Shown here: positions 30,629 through 37,357 of the stretch, one piece after another
Position numbering within the stretch: the stretch's first letter is position 1
How the letters are laid out: every line of letters starts with the position of its first letter
IMG/VR virus record: IMGVR_UViG_3300003394_000004
Coordinates: 1-64,000 of that record
Origin: an uncultured virus (IMG/VR IMGVR_UViG_3300003394_000004)
Taxonomy: Duplodnaviria > Heunggongvirae > Uroviricota > Caudoviricetes
DNA length: 64,000 bases
Strand: one strand, 5' to 3'
Translations under genes and position numbers: made by a program
Notes under the pieces: model-generated
The model's input: only the letters and a program-made list of their open reading frames with translations
Told to the model about the DNA's origin: nothing
Databases searched by the model: none

Positions 30629-31258
30629 TTATTTATAAATAGCATTTGATATCCATTTAGTCCCACTCCAAAAATTTAAGTTAGGTAATTTTTGTTTATA
30701 TGAAAAACTATCATCATATGATTCATAGATATACAAATAATCTTTATTTTGTTTCTTGGTAATATCTGCGAGTATGTAAAATAAATTAGTACCAAGAGAT
30801 AACTTTAAATTATTGTTATCATAAGCAAGATTTAAAAATACATTAGACTTTTTATTTTCTAAGTATCTTCCCACCGCAACTAATTTACCTTCTAATCTTA
30901 AGTACAATATTTTTGGTTCAAAAAACTTTGAACAGTTATTATAATCATCCATAATATCAAAATCCTTATCATTGTAGTATTCTTGAAAGAAATCATCTAT
31001 TTCTTGGTTTTGAATATAATCACTTACTTCACAGGTTAACTTTTTAATTATGTGTCTTCGTTTTTTTGATATCTCAAAATTAGATAGTTCTATTCTATGA
31101 CTTCTTGATTGATACCAAATATTTTTTTCCTCCATTGACGGTAACCATCCTGAATTTAATAACTCATCATTTGATTCGTTTTCCGCAATACCGTAAACTT
31201 CACAAAATATTCTCCCGTCTAAAAAGAATCCATTTTGGTGGTTAAATTGAACCTTCAT
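30629..31258 (-). CDS. ATE1/Bpt-like aminoacyl-tRNA-protein transferase (GNAT fold)
   Basis: L..GW..R.RI.L..F..SK..R, LVAVG, YD....LSLG, YLY.Y..YK. Confidence 0.55.
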   Translation of the reverse strand: MKVQFNHQNGFFLDGRIFCEVYGIAENESNDELLNSGWLPSMEEKNIWYQSRSHRIELSNFEISKKRRHIIKKLTCEVSDYIQNQEIDDFFQEYYNDKDFDIMDDYNNCSKFFEPKILYLRLEGKLVAVGRYLENKKSNVFLNLAYDNNNLKLSLGTNLFYILADITKKQNKDYLYIYESYDDSFSYKQKLPNLNFWSGTKWISNAIYK

Positions 31259-31958
31259 TCTTTAAACGTTCGGAATCAATTTTATTATATTCATCTGACC
31301 GTTTTTTATTACTCTCACCTTTTTCTAAATCGGTATGGTCGTAATTCATAATGTCAGTATCAGGTGTGACCCATCTTCCATTTCTTTCAGCAGTCCATAA
31401 TGTGGTATTGTATTTTCTATGTATAACCAATTCATCTTTTACTGTGAACGATGGGTCATGAAGCACAAACCTATTGTTTGGTTGTATTGCAAAGTTTCCA
31501 TTATCCATGGCAATGAAATGACCACATTTGTGTTGTGATGGGAATTCACTTAATCCAAAATCTGTGTCTCCCATGTCTGAAGATGACCCCCAATCTAAGG
31601 TAAATAAATATTTGCCCGTATATTCTACTCTACGTCTTGATATGAATTTACATGTCTTGTTTTTTAACATAGGGAATGCTGTTGCTCCAACATGATATGA
31701 AAATGAATCCCATAACACTAATTCATCAAGTTCTTGTTCAGGTGCATCTTCTTTCCAACAAAATGCCTGTATTGGCATTCTCCACCATAATGCCCCATCC
31801 TCCATGATAAAGTGAAATAATGGTGCTTGTGCTGGAATTGACGACATTCCAAAAATGTAACAAGGGAATTTTTTATCGTGAGAATCTTCTTGGTTTCTTA
31901 AGAAGTTTCCTCTAATGTAAGCCTCTACTACGGGAATTGGTGTATTTAAATATGACAT
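31242..31958 (-). CDS. conserved phage hypothetical protein
   Basis: ORF track, 238 aa. Confidence 0.75.
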   Translation of the reverse strand: MSYLNTPIPVVEAYIRGNFLRNQEDSHDKKFPCYIFGMSSIPAQAPLFHFIMEDGALWWRMPIQAFCWKEDAPEQELDELVLWDSFSYHVGATAFPMLKNKTCKFISRRRVEYTGKYLFTLDWGSSSDMGDTDFGLSEFPSQHKCGHFIAMDNGNFAIQPNNRFVLHDPSFTVKDELVIHRKYNTTLWTAERNGRWVTPDTDIMNYDHTDLEKGESNKKRSDEYNKIDSERLKNEGSI

Positions 31959-32066
31959 AGTTTTTTAAAAAAAATACAACATATTTGTCAAATTGTAAAA
32001 TATGATACAATAGTTTTTATTACGATATTTCTTTGATACAAGAATAACTTTTATTATCTTTGTGTT

Positions 32067-32630
32067 ATGAAAGTTATATTTTTGGACCACGATGGTGTGA
32101 TATGTCTGTCTGATAATTGGGGTAATCGTTTCAAAAAACAAAAAAGTTGGGGTAAACGTAAATTGTCTATGAGTACTTTAAGTATGCCCGTTGAGTATCG
32201 TTTTGATAATTTTGATGAGGAGGCGGTTAAAGTTCTTAATGAAATCTTAGAGGAAACAGGTGCCGAAATTGTTGTATCTTCAGATTGGAAAAATTGGGCG
32301 ACAGTTGAGGAGATGGGAGAATATTACGAATCAAAAGGTATTATTAAAAAACCAATTGCCTTTACCGATTCTATCTTATATGATGATTATGATGATTTCC
32401 CATGGCACAACAAATCGGAGTTAGAACAAACTCGTAGTTTGGAGATTGCGCAATATATTGGTCAGAATCCTGTAATCACACATTGGGTGGCAATTGATGA
32501 TTTGAATATGTCATTAACGGATGTGCACGATAAGACTTGGGGATTGAAGAACTTTGTATTAACACCCGAAAATAAAGAAGGCATTAAACAAACGGGCATA
32601 AAAGAAAAAGTATTGGAATATTTATTATAA
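32067..32630 (+). CDS. HAD-domain protein (Swiss-army-knife RNA-repair-like)
   Basis: IFLDHDGVI, IVVSSDW, R..EI, WVAIDD. Confidence 0.8.
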   Translation: MKVIFLDHDGVICLSDNWGNRFKKQKSWGKRKLSMSTLSMPVEYRFDNFDEEAVKVLNEILEETGAEIVVSSDWKNWATVEEMGEYYESKGIIKKPIAFTDSILYDDYDDFPWHNKSELEQTRSLEIAQYIGQNPVITHWVAIDDLNMSLTDVHDKTWGLKNFVLTPENKEGIKQTGIKEKVLEYLL

Positions 32631-32632
32631 AA

Positions 32633-33049
32633 ATGGAAGACCAAGACATCATAGCGTACAAAAGTAGTTTTATCCCAAACATGAATATTAATTTGGTATT
32701 CAAAGAAAATCCAAATTATAGTGCAATGAGAAAAATTTTTGACCAATACGGTTATGGATTTCTTGCACCAGAATTCAAAACAATTTTTATTGACGGTGAA
32801 ATATTTTTGGGTGATGATGGTTTAACTATGGATGACATGAAATTTATTGAAGCTCATGAAATCTCACATTTGTTATTGGGACACAACGGACCGAGGTCTG
32901 AAAAAGATGAAATTGAAGCTGATTTGGGAGCGTATATTTTATTGAAGAAAAATGATATGTCAACTGAAAGATTGGAAGATGAATTTGATTCAAGACATGG
33001 AGTACCTTTTAATGAGGACTTATTGAATATTGTAAAAGACAGGTTATAA
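32633..33049 (+). CDS. zincin-like metallopeptidase domain protein
   Basis: AHEISH.LLGH..EIEAD. Confidence 0.65.
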   Translation: MEDQDIIAYKSSFIPNMNINLVFKENPNYSAMRKIFDQYGYGFLAPEFKTIFIDGEIFLGDDGLTMDDMKFIEAHEISHLLLGHNGPRSEKDEIEADLGAYILLKKNDMSTERLEDEFDSRHGVPFNEDLLNIVKDRL

Positions 33050-33062
33050 TTAAAAAAATAAT

Positions 33063-33323
33063 ATGATTAACATTGAAGATTTAAAAGATTTTGACACTTG
33101 GAAAAAGTGGAAAAATGGTATGGTTGAATTGGGAGAACCTGAGTTTGAAACTAAGCCCGGTTTTATAGAAAAAAGAATCCAACAAATGATTCATATTGGC
33201 GCTGATGACAAATATCAACAATACAGTGAAGGGATGTGTGATGATGATATTACAAAATGGAAACAAGGGTTTGTAGTCGGAGCCAACTGGTTATTAAAAA
33301 ATAAAAACGAAAAAAATATTTAA
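33063..33323 (+). CDS. hypothetical protein
   Basis: ORF track. Confidence 0.55.
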   Translation: MINIEDLKDFDTWKKWKNGMVELGEPEFETKPGFIEKRIQQMIHIGADDKYQQYSEGMCDDDITKWKQGFVVGANWLLKNKNEKNI

Positions 33324-33341
33324 CATATCAAGAAACTTTTG

Positions 33342-33349
33342 TATCTTTG
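33342..33349 (+). promoter_or_regulatory. Bacteroidota-type -7 promoter element (TAnnTTTG) upstream of leader 1
   Basis: TATCTTTG. Confidence 0.7.
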
Positions 33350-33372
33350 TACCATATTTAATACTAAACACA

Positions 33373-33468
33373 ATGAAACTCGTAAATAAACAAATCGTGA
33401 AACATGTCATTCAATTCTGTCAGAATTGGTATCTTCGCGTATTTTCAAGTTCGGGTGTTATAAGTTAA
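33373..33468 (+). CDS. leader peptide 1 of tRNA array 1 (MKLVNKQIVKHVIQFCQNWYLRVFSSSGVIS)
   Basis: Read by eye; codons 2-24 encode only, and all of, the 12 amino acids of the downstream tRNAs; 3' end carries the antiterminator strand. Confidence 0.8.
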   Translation: MKLVNKQIVKHVIQFCQNWYLRVFSSSGVIS

Positions 33469-33500
33469 CACGTAGTAGCCTAAAAAAGGAAACCCGAACT
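33448..33500 (+). promoter_or_regulatory. antiterminator helix of attenuator 1
   Basis: AGTTCGGGT (33448-33456) is the exact reverse complement of ACCCGAACT (33492-33500), the terminator 5' arm. Confidence 0.8.
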
Positions 33501-33520
33501 CACAAGGTTCGGGTTTTTTT
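33490..33520 (+). terminator. intrinsic terminator (attenuator 1) before tRNA array 1
   Basis: AAACCCGAAC-TCACAAG-GTTCGGGTTT plus T tract. Confidence 0.9.
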
Positions 33521-33526
33521 GTTTTT

Positions 33527-33548
33527 AAGTTCTTTGACGTATTGGTAA
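33527..33548 (+). promoter_or_regulatory. boxA-like element, copy 1
   Basis: AAGTTCTTTGACGTATTGGTAA, identical to 40464-40485; core GTTCTTTGAC resembles rrn boxA. Confidence 0.7.
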
Positions 33549-33556
33549 CCAAAAAT

Positions 33557-33629
33557 GGGGTAGTGGCAGATGAGGTCATTGCGCCGGACTGAAAATCCGA
33601 AGGAACAGGTTCGATACCTGTCTACCCCA
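33557..33629 (+). tRNA. tRNA-Phe(GAA)
   Basis: CGGA-CTGAAAA-TCCG; acceptor GGGGTAG/CTACCCC. Confidence 0.9.
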
Positions 33630-33638
33630 CAAATACAT

Positions 33639-33715
33639 TGGTGATTAGCTCAGTTGGTTAGAGCACTACGCTGATACCGTAGGGGTCACAGGTTCAAGTC
33701 CTGTATCACCAACCA
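33639..33715 (+). tRNA. tRNA-Ile(GAT)
   Basis: CTACG-CTGATAC-CGTAG; encoded CCA. Confidence 0.93.
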
Positions 33716-33720
33716 TAAAT

Positions 33721-33791
33721 TACCCTTTCGTCTAACGGCAGGACGAGTGGTTTTGGTCCACTTAGTGGAGGTTCGAATCCTTCAGGGGTAA
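33721..33791 (+). tRNA. tRNA-Gln(TTG)
   Basis: AGTGG-TTTTGGT-CCACT. Confidence 0.92.
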
Positions 33792-33797
33792 CAATAT

Positions 33798-33871
33798 GAC
33801 CTTATAGCTCAATTGGCTAGAGCACCGTGCTTTTAACACGGGGGTTTCGGGTTCGAGTCCCGATGGGGTCA
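33798..33871 (+). tRNA. tRNA-Lys(TTT)
   Basis: CCGTG-CTTTTAA-CACGG. Confidence 0.93.
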
Positions 33872-33877
33872 CAATAT

Positions 33878-33950
33878 CTTTCCTTAGCTCAGTTGGAAGA
33901 GCACTTGGCTTACATCCAAGATGTCGTTGGTTCAAATCCAACAGGAAAGA
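33878..33950 (+). tRNA. tRNA-Val(TAC)
   Basis: CTTGG-CTTACAT-CCAAG. Confidence 0.92.
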
Positions 33951-33957
33951 CAAAAAT

Positions 33958-34039
33958 GCCAGTATCGCATAGCGGCAATTGCGGCGGATTGTAAACCCGC
34001 TCTCATTTGAGTTCGTAGGTTCGAGTCCTACTGCTGGCA
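33958..34039 (+). tRNA. tRNA-Tyr(GTA)
   Basis: GCGGA-TTGTAAA-CCCGC; long variable arm. Confidence 0.92.
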
Positions 34040-34101
34040 CAAAACTTATAATCCTCCAAAACTCACTTTTTTTACTAGATTTGGAGGATTATAGAATATA
34101 A

Positions 34102-34175
34102 GTCCATATGCCTGAGCGGTTCAAAGGGACAGTCTGCAAAACTGTTATTCGTTGGTTCGATTCCAACTATGGACT
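34102..34175 (+). tRNA. tRNA-Cys(GCA)
   Basis: ACAGT-CTGCAAA-ACTGT; U73. Confidence 0.92.
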
Positions 34176-34177
34176 CT

Positions 34178-34252
34178 GTGACTGTAGTTCAGTGGTAGAG
34201 CATCGGCTTGTGGTGCCGAGTGTCGTGGGTTCGAATCCCATCAGTCACCCCA
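34178..34252 (+). tRNA. tRNA-His(GTG)
   Basis: TCGGC-TTGTGGT-GCCGA; C73 and encoded CCA; position -1 is T. Confidence 0.92.
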
Positions 34253-34255
34253 AAT

Positions 34256-34330
34256 GGTTCCTTAGTTTAATTGGATAAAACATCTCGCTACGGACGAGAA
34301 GATGTGGGGGTTCGAGTCCCTCAGGAATCA
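34256..34330 (+). tRNA. tRNA-Arg(ACG)
   Basis: TCTCG-CTACGGA-CGAGA. Confidence 0.92.
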
Positions 34331-34337
34331 CAAATAC

Positions 34338-34408
34338 GTAAGTGTGGTGTAATGGTAGCATAAAGGTCTCCAAAACTTTTGGCGAGGGTTCGAGTCCTTC
34401 CACTTGCG
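34338..34408 (+). tRNA. tRNA-Trp(CCA)
   Basis: AAGGT-CTCCAAA-ACTTT; G73. Confidence 0.92.
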
Positions 34409-34414
34409 CAAAAT

Positions 34415-34496
34415 ACCAAAGTGGCGTAACGGTAGCCGCATTAGTCTTAGAAACTAATGTCTTAAAGACGTGTGGGTTCGACTCCCACCTTTGGTA
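34415..34496 (+). tRNA. tRNA-Leu(TAG)
   Basis: TTAGT-CTTAGAA-ACTAA; long variable arm. Confidence 0.92.
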
Positions 34497-34502
34497 CAAC
34501 AT

Positions 34503-34575
34503 TCCTCGGTAGCTCAGTGGTTAGAGCACTCGCCTGTTAAGCGATAGGTCATAGGTTCAAATCCTATCCGGGGAG
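34503..34575 (+). tRNA. tRNA-Asn(GTT)
   Basis: TCGC-CTGTTAA-GCGA; G73. Confidence 0.92.
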
Positions 34576-34621
34576 CAAAATATTTTTTTGTAATGTCAAA
34601 TACCTGTTGTATATTTGTAGT

Positions 34622-35098
34622 ATGGAAAAGGGGTTTATATCATCTTCAAACGCAATCAAAGGATATACTGAATCAAAAATTGCCAAATCTGAAAAAAACG
34701 ATTGTGTTGTTAGGGCAATTGCATCAGCCGCGGATATGGACTATGATTCCGCCCACCAATTTGTTAAAGAAACTTTCAAGAGAAAAAATGGTAAAGGTAC
34801 TTTTTTACTTGGTACTGGCATGAATTTGTTATCAAAGAATGGTAAACAAATTAACGGTAAAGACGTTCAAATTATTTCTGAGGAACACAATACCATGTTG
34901 TATTATGTTGTAGTTAAAGGTGTTAAAAAATTAAGAGCAACAACAACATTTTCGTTCATTAAAAAATATCCTGTTGGTTCTTACATGGTGGTTGTTAAAG
35001 GTCACGCATTTACCATTAAAGATGGTGTTGTTATTGGTAACCCTGAGGACGGTAAAAAAATAAAAAAACACATAATTGGAGCTTGGAAAATTGGATAA
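34622..35098 (+). CDS. conserved phage protein with DCVVRA motif
   Basis: NDCVVRAIASA..Y, GHAFTIKDG; own TATATTTG promoter at 34610-34617. Confidence 0.7.
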   Translation: MEKGFISSSNAIKGYTESKIAKSEKNDCVVRAIASAADMDYDSAHQFVKETFKRKNGKGTFLLGTGMNLLSKNGKQINGKDVQIISEEHNTMLYYVVVKGVKKLRATTTFSFIKKYPVGSYMVVVKGHAFTIKDGVVIGNPEDGKKIKKHIIGAWKIG

Positions 35099-35125
35099 TA
35101 TATTTTAACTTTGTATAACAATAAT

Positions 35126-35199
35126 GGTGTGGTAGCTCAGCAGGTAGAGCAGTAGATTGAAACCCTACGTGCCACGTGGTTCGATTCCCGTTCACACCA
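35126..35199 (+). tRNA. tRNA-Phe(GAA), second atypical copy
   Basis: GTAGA-TTGAAAC-CCTAC with an A.C mismatch; bulged T stem. Confidence 0.7.
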
Positions 35200-35203
35200 C
35201 AAA

Positions 35204-35270
35204 GCTAACCCAGCATCACATATGAAGGCTCATACCTTCGGAGTGGGGGTGACGGTCAGGAGAGACTGAC
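35204..35270 (+). ncRNA. candidate structured RNA, unknown family
   Basis: GC-rich; hairpins GAAGG-CTCATA-CCTTC and GTCAG-GAGAGA-CTGAC. Confidence 0.4.
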
Positions 35271-35276
35271 AACTAT

Positions 35277-35354
35277 AGTCAGGTGGCGGAATGGATAGAC
35301 GCAACCACGTAAGTGGTCAAACCGGTGTTACAGGTTCGAATCCTGTCCTGACTA
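35277..35354 (+). ncRNA. tRNA-like RNA with a GTAA tetraloop in place of the anticodon loop
   Basis: Acceptor AGTCAGG/CCTGACT, Leu-like D arm, ACCAC-GTAA-GTGGT, T arm ACAGG-TTCGAAT-CCTGT. Confidence 0.75.
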
Positions 35355-35366
35355 CAAAAACATAAA

Positions 35367-35440
35367 CTCAAGTACCCACACAGTGGTGAGACGGGCTAAG
35401 TAAGATACAATTCCTCGGAACTGGGAGTAGAGAGCTTGAG
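35367..35440 (+). ncRNA. candidate structured RNA, unknown family
   Basis: GC-rich, closed by CTCAAGT/GCTTGAG; tRNA-sized. Confidence 0.35.
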
Positions 35441-35460
35441 AGTGTTTTTTAATAAAAAAT

Positions 35461-36144
35461 ATGAAAAATTTAGTAAAAGCAATTATTTTGGTCATTGTTA
35501 TAGCAATTTTAGGATTCATAACAAGTTGGAAAGTTTGGGGTAACAATAAACAAATTGAAGATACCGTTAAAATTGATACGGTAAAAATTAAACCACAAGA
35601 CACAATTGTGGATGTAAAAGGAAAATACGTTCTTTTTATTGGTGATTCTCACACATCAAATCCTAATGGTTGGCAATATACTCTATCCAACAAAACAAAA
35701 ATGAGAATGAATAACATATCTGTTGGTGGAAAAACCACAGGTTGGATGTTAGAAAGAGCAAAAGAATCTATTCACAATGGTTTAGATTATTGTTTTATCT
35801 ATGGAGGTGCCAATGATATGTATAACAGCAAAATCACCATTGAAAGCGCAGTAAAGAACATTCAAAAAATTGTAAACATTTGTAATTCCAAAGGTGTTAA
35901 ACCAGTTGTAATTACCGGATTTGACCCATTAATTTGCATCAACACACCAGAAAATCCAAACTACAGAGTTAAGTATTCCAAATTTCAGAATGAATTGATA
36001 AAAAAAATTGTTGGTGGAAAAGTGATTAATACTCGTGTGATTACAAAATCGGATTGTTGGGATGGACTTTGTCATATGGCACCATCAGGACATAAAAAAA
36101 TTGGAAATTGTGTTATCAAAGAAATGAAGTTTAAGACATATTAA
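35461..36144 (+). CDS. SGNH/GDSL hydrolase, membrane anchored
   Basis: FIGDSHT, GG.TT, GGAND, DGLCH..GH. Confidence 0.85.
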   Translation: MKNLVKAIILVIVIAILGFITSWKVWGNNKQIEDTVKIDTVKIKPQDTIVDVKGKYVLFIGDSHTSNPNGWQYTLSNKTKMRMNNISVGGKTTGWMLERAKESIHNGLDYCFIYGGANDMYNSKITIESAVKNIQKIVNICNSKGVKPVVITGFDPLICINTPENPNYRVKYSKFQNELIKKIVGGKVINTRVITKSDCWDGLCHMAPSGHKKIGNCVIKEMKFKTY

Positions 36145-36165
36145 CACATCAGTATATTTATTGAT

Positions 36166-36603
36166 ATGGAAATTACAAAAAGAGACCTTTTAAATGGTTT
36201 ATCATCAAAATCAAATCCTGCAACTGAAACTGCCGATGTGGTTGATATGATTGCAACATTATTACATTCACAGTCTCAAGTACATATCTTTCATTGGCAG
36301 ACAAAATCACAATCATCATTTTCTGAACATAAAGCTTTACAAGAATATTATGATGGAATTGATGGGTTAGTTGATAATATTGTTGAAAGTTATCAAGGAA
36401 AATACGAAATAATTACTGGTTATAAAACAATTAAAACAGTTGATTACAAATCAACAGAACAAGTAATAGCTTATTTTAAAGAATTAGATGAAAATATTGA
36501 AAAAAATAGGACATCGGTTAAAGAATCTTATATTCAAAATCAAATTGATGGAGTTCAAGAATTGATTTACTCAACATTATACAAATTAAGATTCTTAAAA
36601 TAA
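36166..36603 (+). CDS. ferritin/Dps-like protein (DUF5856-like)
   Basis: HIFHWQT..SEHKAL.EYY..D..VESYQGKY..YKLRFL. Confidence 0.75.
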   Translation: MEITKRDLLNGLSSKSNPATETADVVDMIATLLHSQSQVHIFHWQTKSQSSFSEHKALQEYYDGIDGLVDNIVESYQGKYEIITGYKTIKTVDYKSTEQVIAYFKELDENIEKNRTSVKESYIQNQIDGVQELIYSTLYKLRFLK

Positions 36604-36638
36604 TTGACGAATCACGGTTTATAATTTATATTTGCCGT

Positions 36639-37250
36639 ATGGCTAAATACACACTTAACACTTATGGATGGTCTTTTGAGGCAGTCTGCAAATCTCTAAC
36701 TGACGAACAAATACAAATTATTAAAGATAAAATGGAAGAGGAAGGTTTTTCTGAACTTCATGAAATCCGTTTTGATTTAGATGAACTTTTGGACCTTGAT
36801 TTTTGGGACGGTGAAATCTTTCACAAAACCGAAGCGTTTGACAATGGTACAATGCACTTTGAACTTCTTGATGAAGAAGAAAATAAAGTATTAGAGTTTG
36901 GTATTGATGAAACCGCCGACTTATACGAAACAATTGAAGATTTTGAAGAAAAGTATGAGTACAGAGAGTATAATGCGTTTCCTCAAAAAGAAGGACCAAC
37001 AAATGTCTATTTGAGTATTGATGAAAACAAAGGTGGAATGTTTAAATTTTCACTTGAGTCTGACACAGTACCAACTCCGACAGATTTTACGTACTCATCA
37101 GGTTCAATAGGAACACCAGAAGGTGATTATGATTTTATCGGTCAAGTCTTTTTTAAAGGACAACCATTAGAAATTGAAGATTGTTTGGATAATTCAGGGA
37201 AATCATCCTCATGTATGATTTATACATTGGATGGTGAAACCATAGAATAA
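36639..37250 (+). CDS. acidic hypothetical protein
   Basis: ORF track; TATATTTG promoter at 36627-36634. Confidence 0.7.
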   Translation: MAKYTLNTYGWSFEAVCKSLTDEQIQIIKDKMEEEGFSELHEIRFDLDELLDLDFWDGEIFHKTEAFDNGTMHFELLDEEENKVLEFGIDETADLYETIEDFEEKYEYREYNAFPQKEGPTNVYLSIDENKGGMFKFSLESDTVPTPTDFTYSSGSIGTPEGDYDFIGQVFFKGQPLEIEDCLDNSGKSSSCMIYTLDGETIE

Positions 37251-37254
37251 TCAT

Positions 37255-37328
37255 GGCGAGGTAGCTCAGTCGGTTAGAGCGCAGGATTCATAACCCTGAG
37301 GTGGGGGGTTCAATTCCCTCCCTCGCTA
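37255..37328 (+). tRNA. tRNA-Met(CAT), elongator type
   Basis: CAGGA-TTCATAA-CCCTG; GGCGAGG acceptor. Confidence 0.88.
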
Positions 37329-37357
37329 CAAATACATAATTGTGAGTATTTATATAT

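Noticed and set aside
33762..34502. Minus-strand ORFs 33762-34040 and 34245-34502 (also 17586-17826, 27384-27569, 28587-28839)
   Set aside because: They overlap tRNA genes and are artefacts of tRNA sequence.
35255..35270. Glycine riboswitch suggested by GGAGAGAC
   Set aside because: The other aptamer motifs are absent, and the element precedes an RNA rather than a gene.
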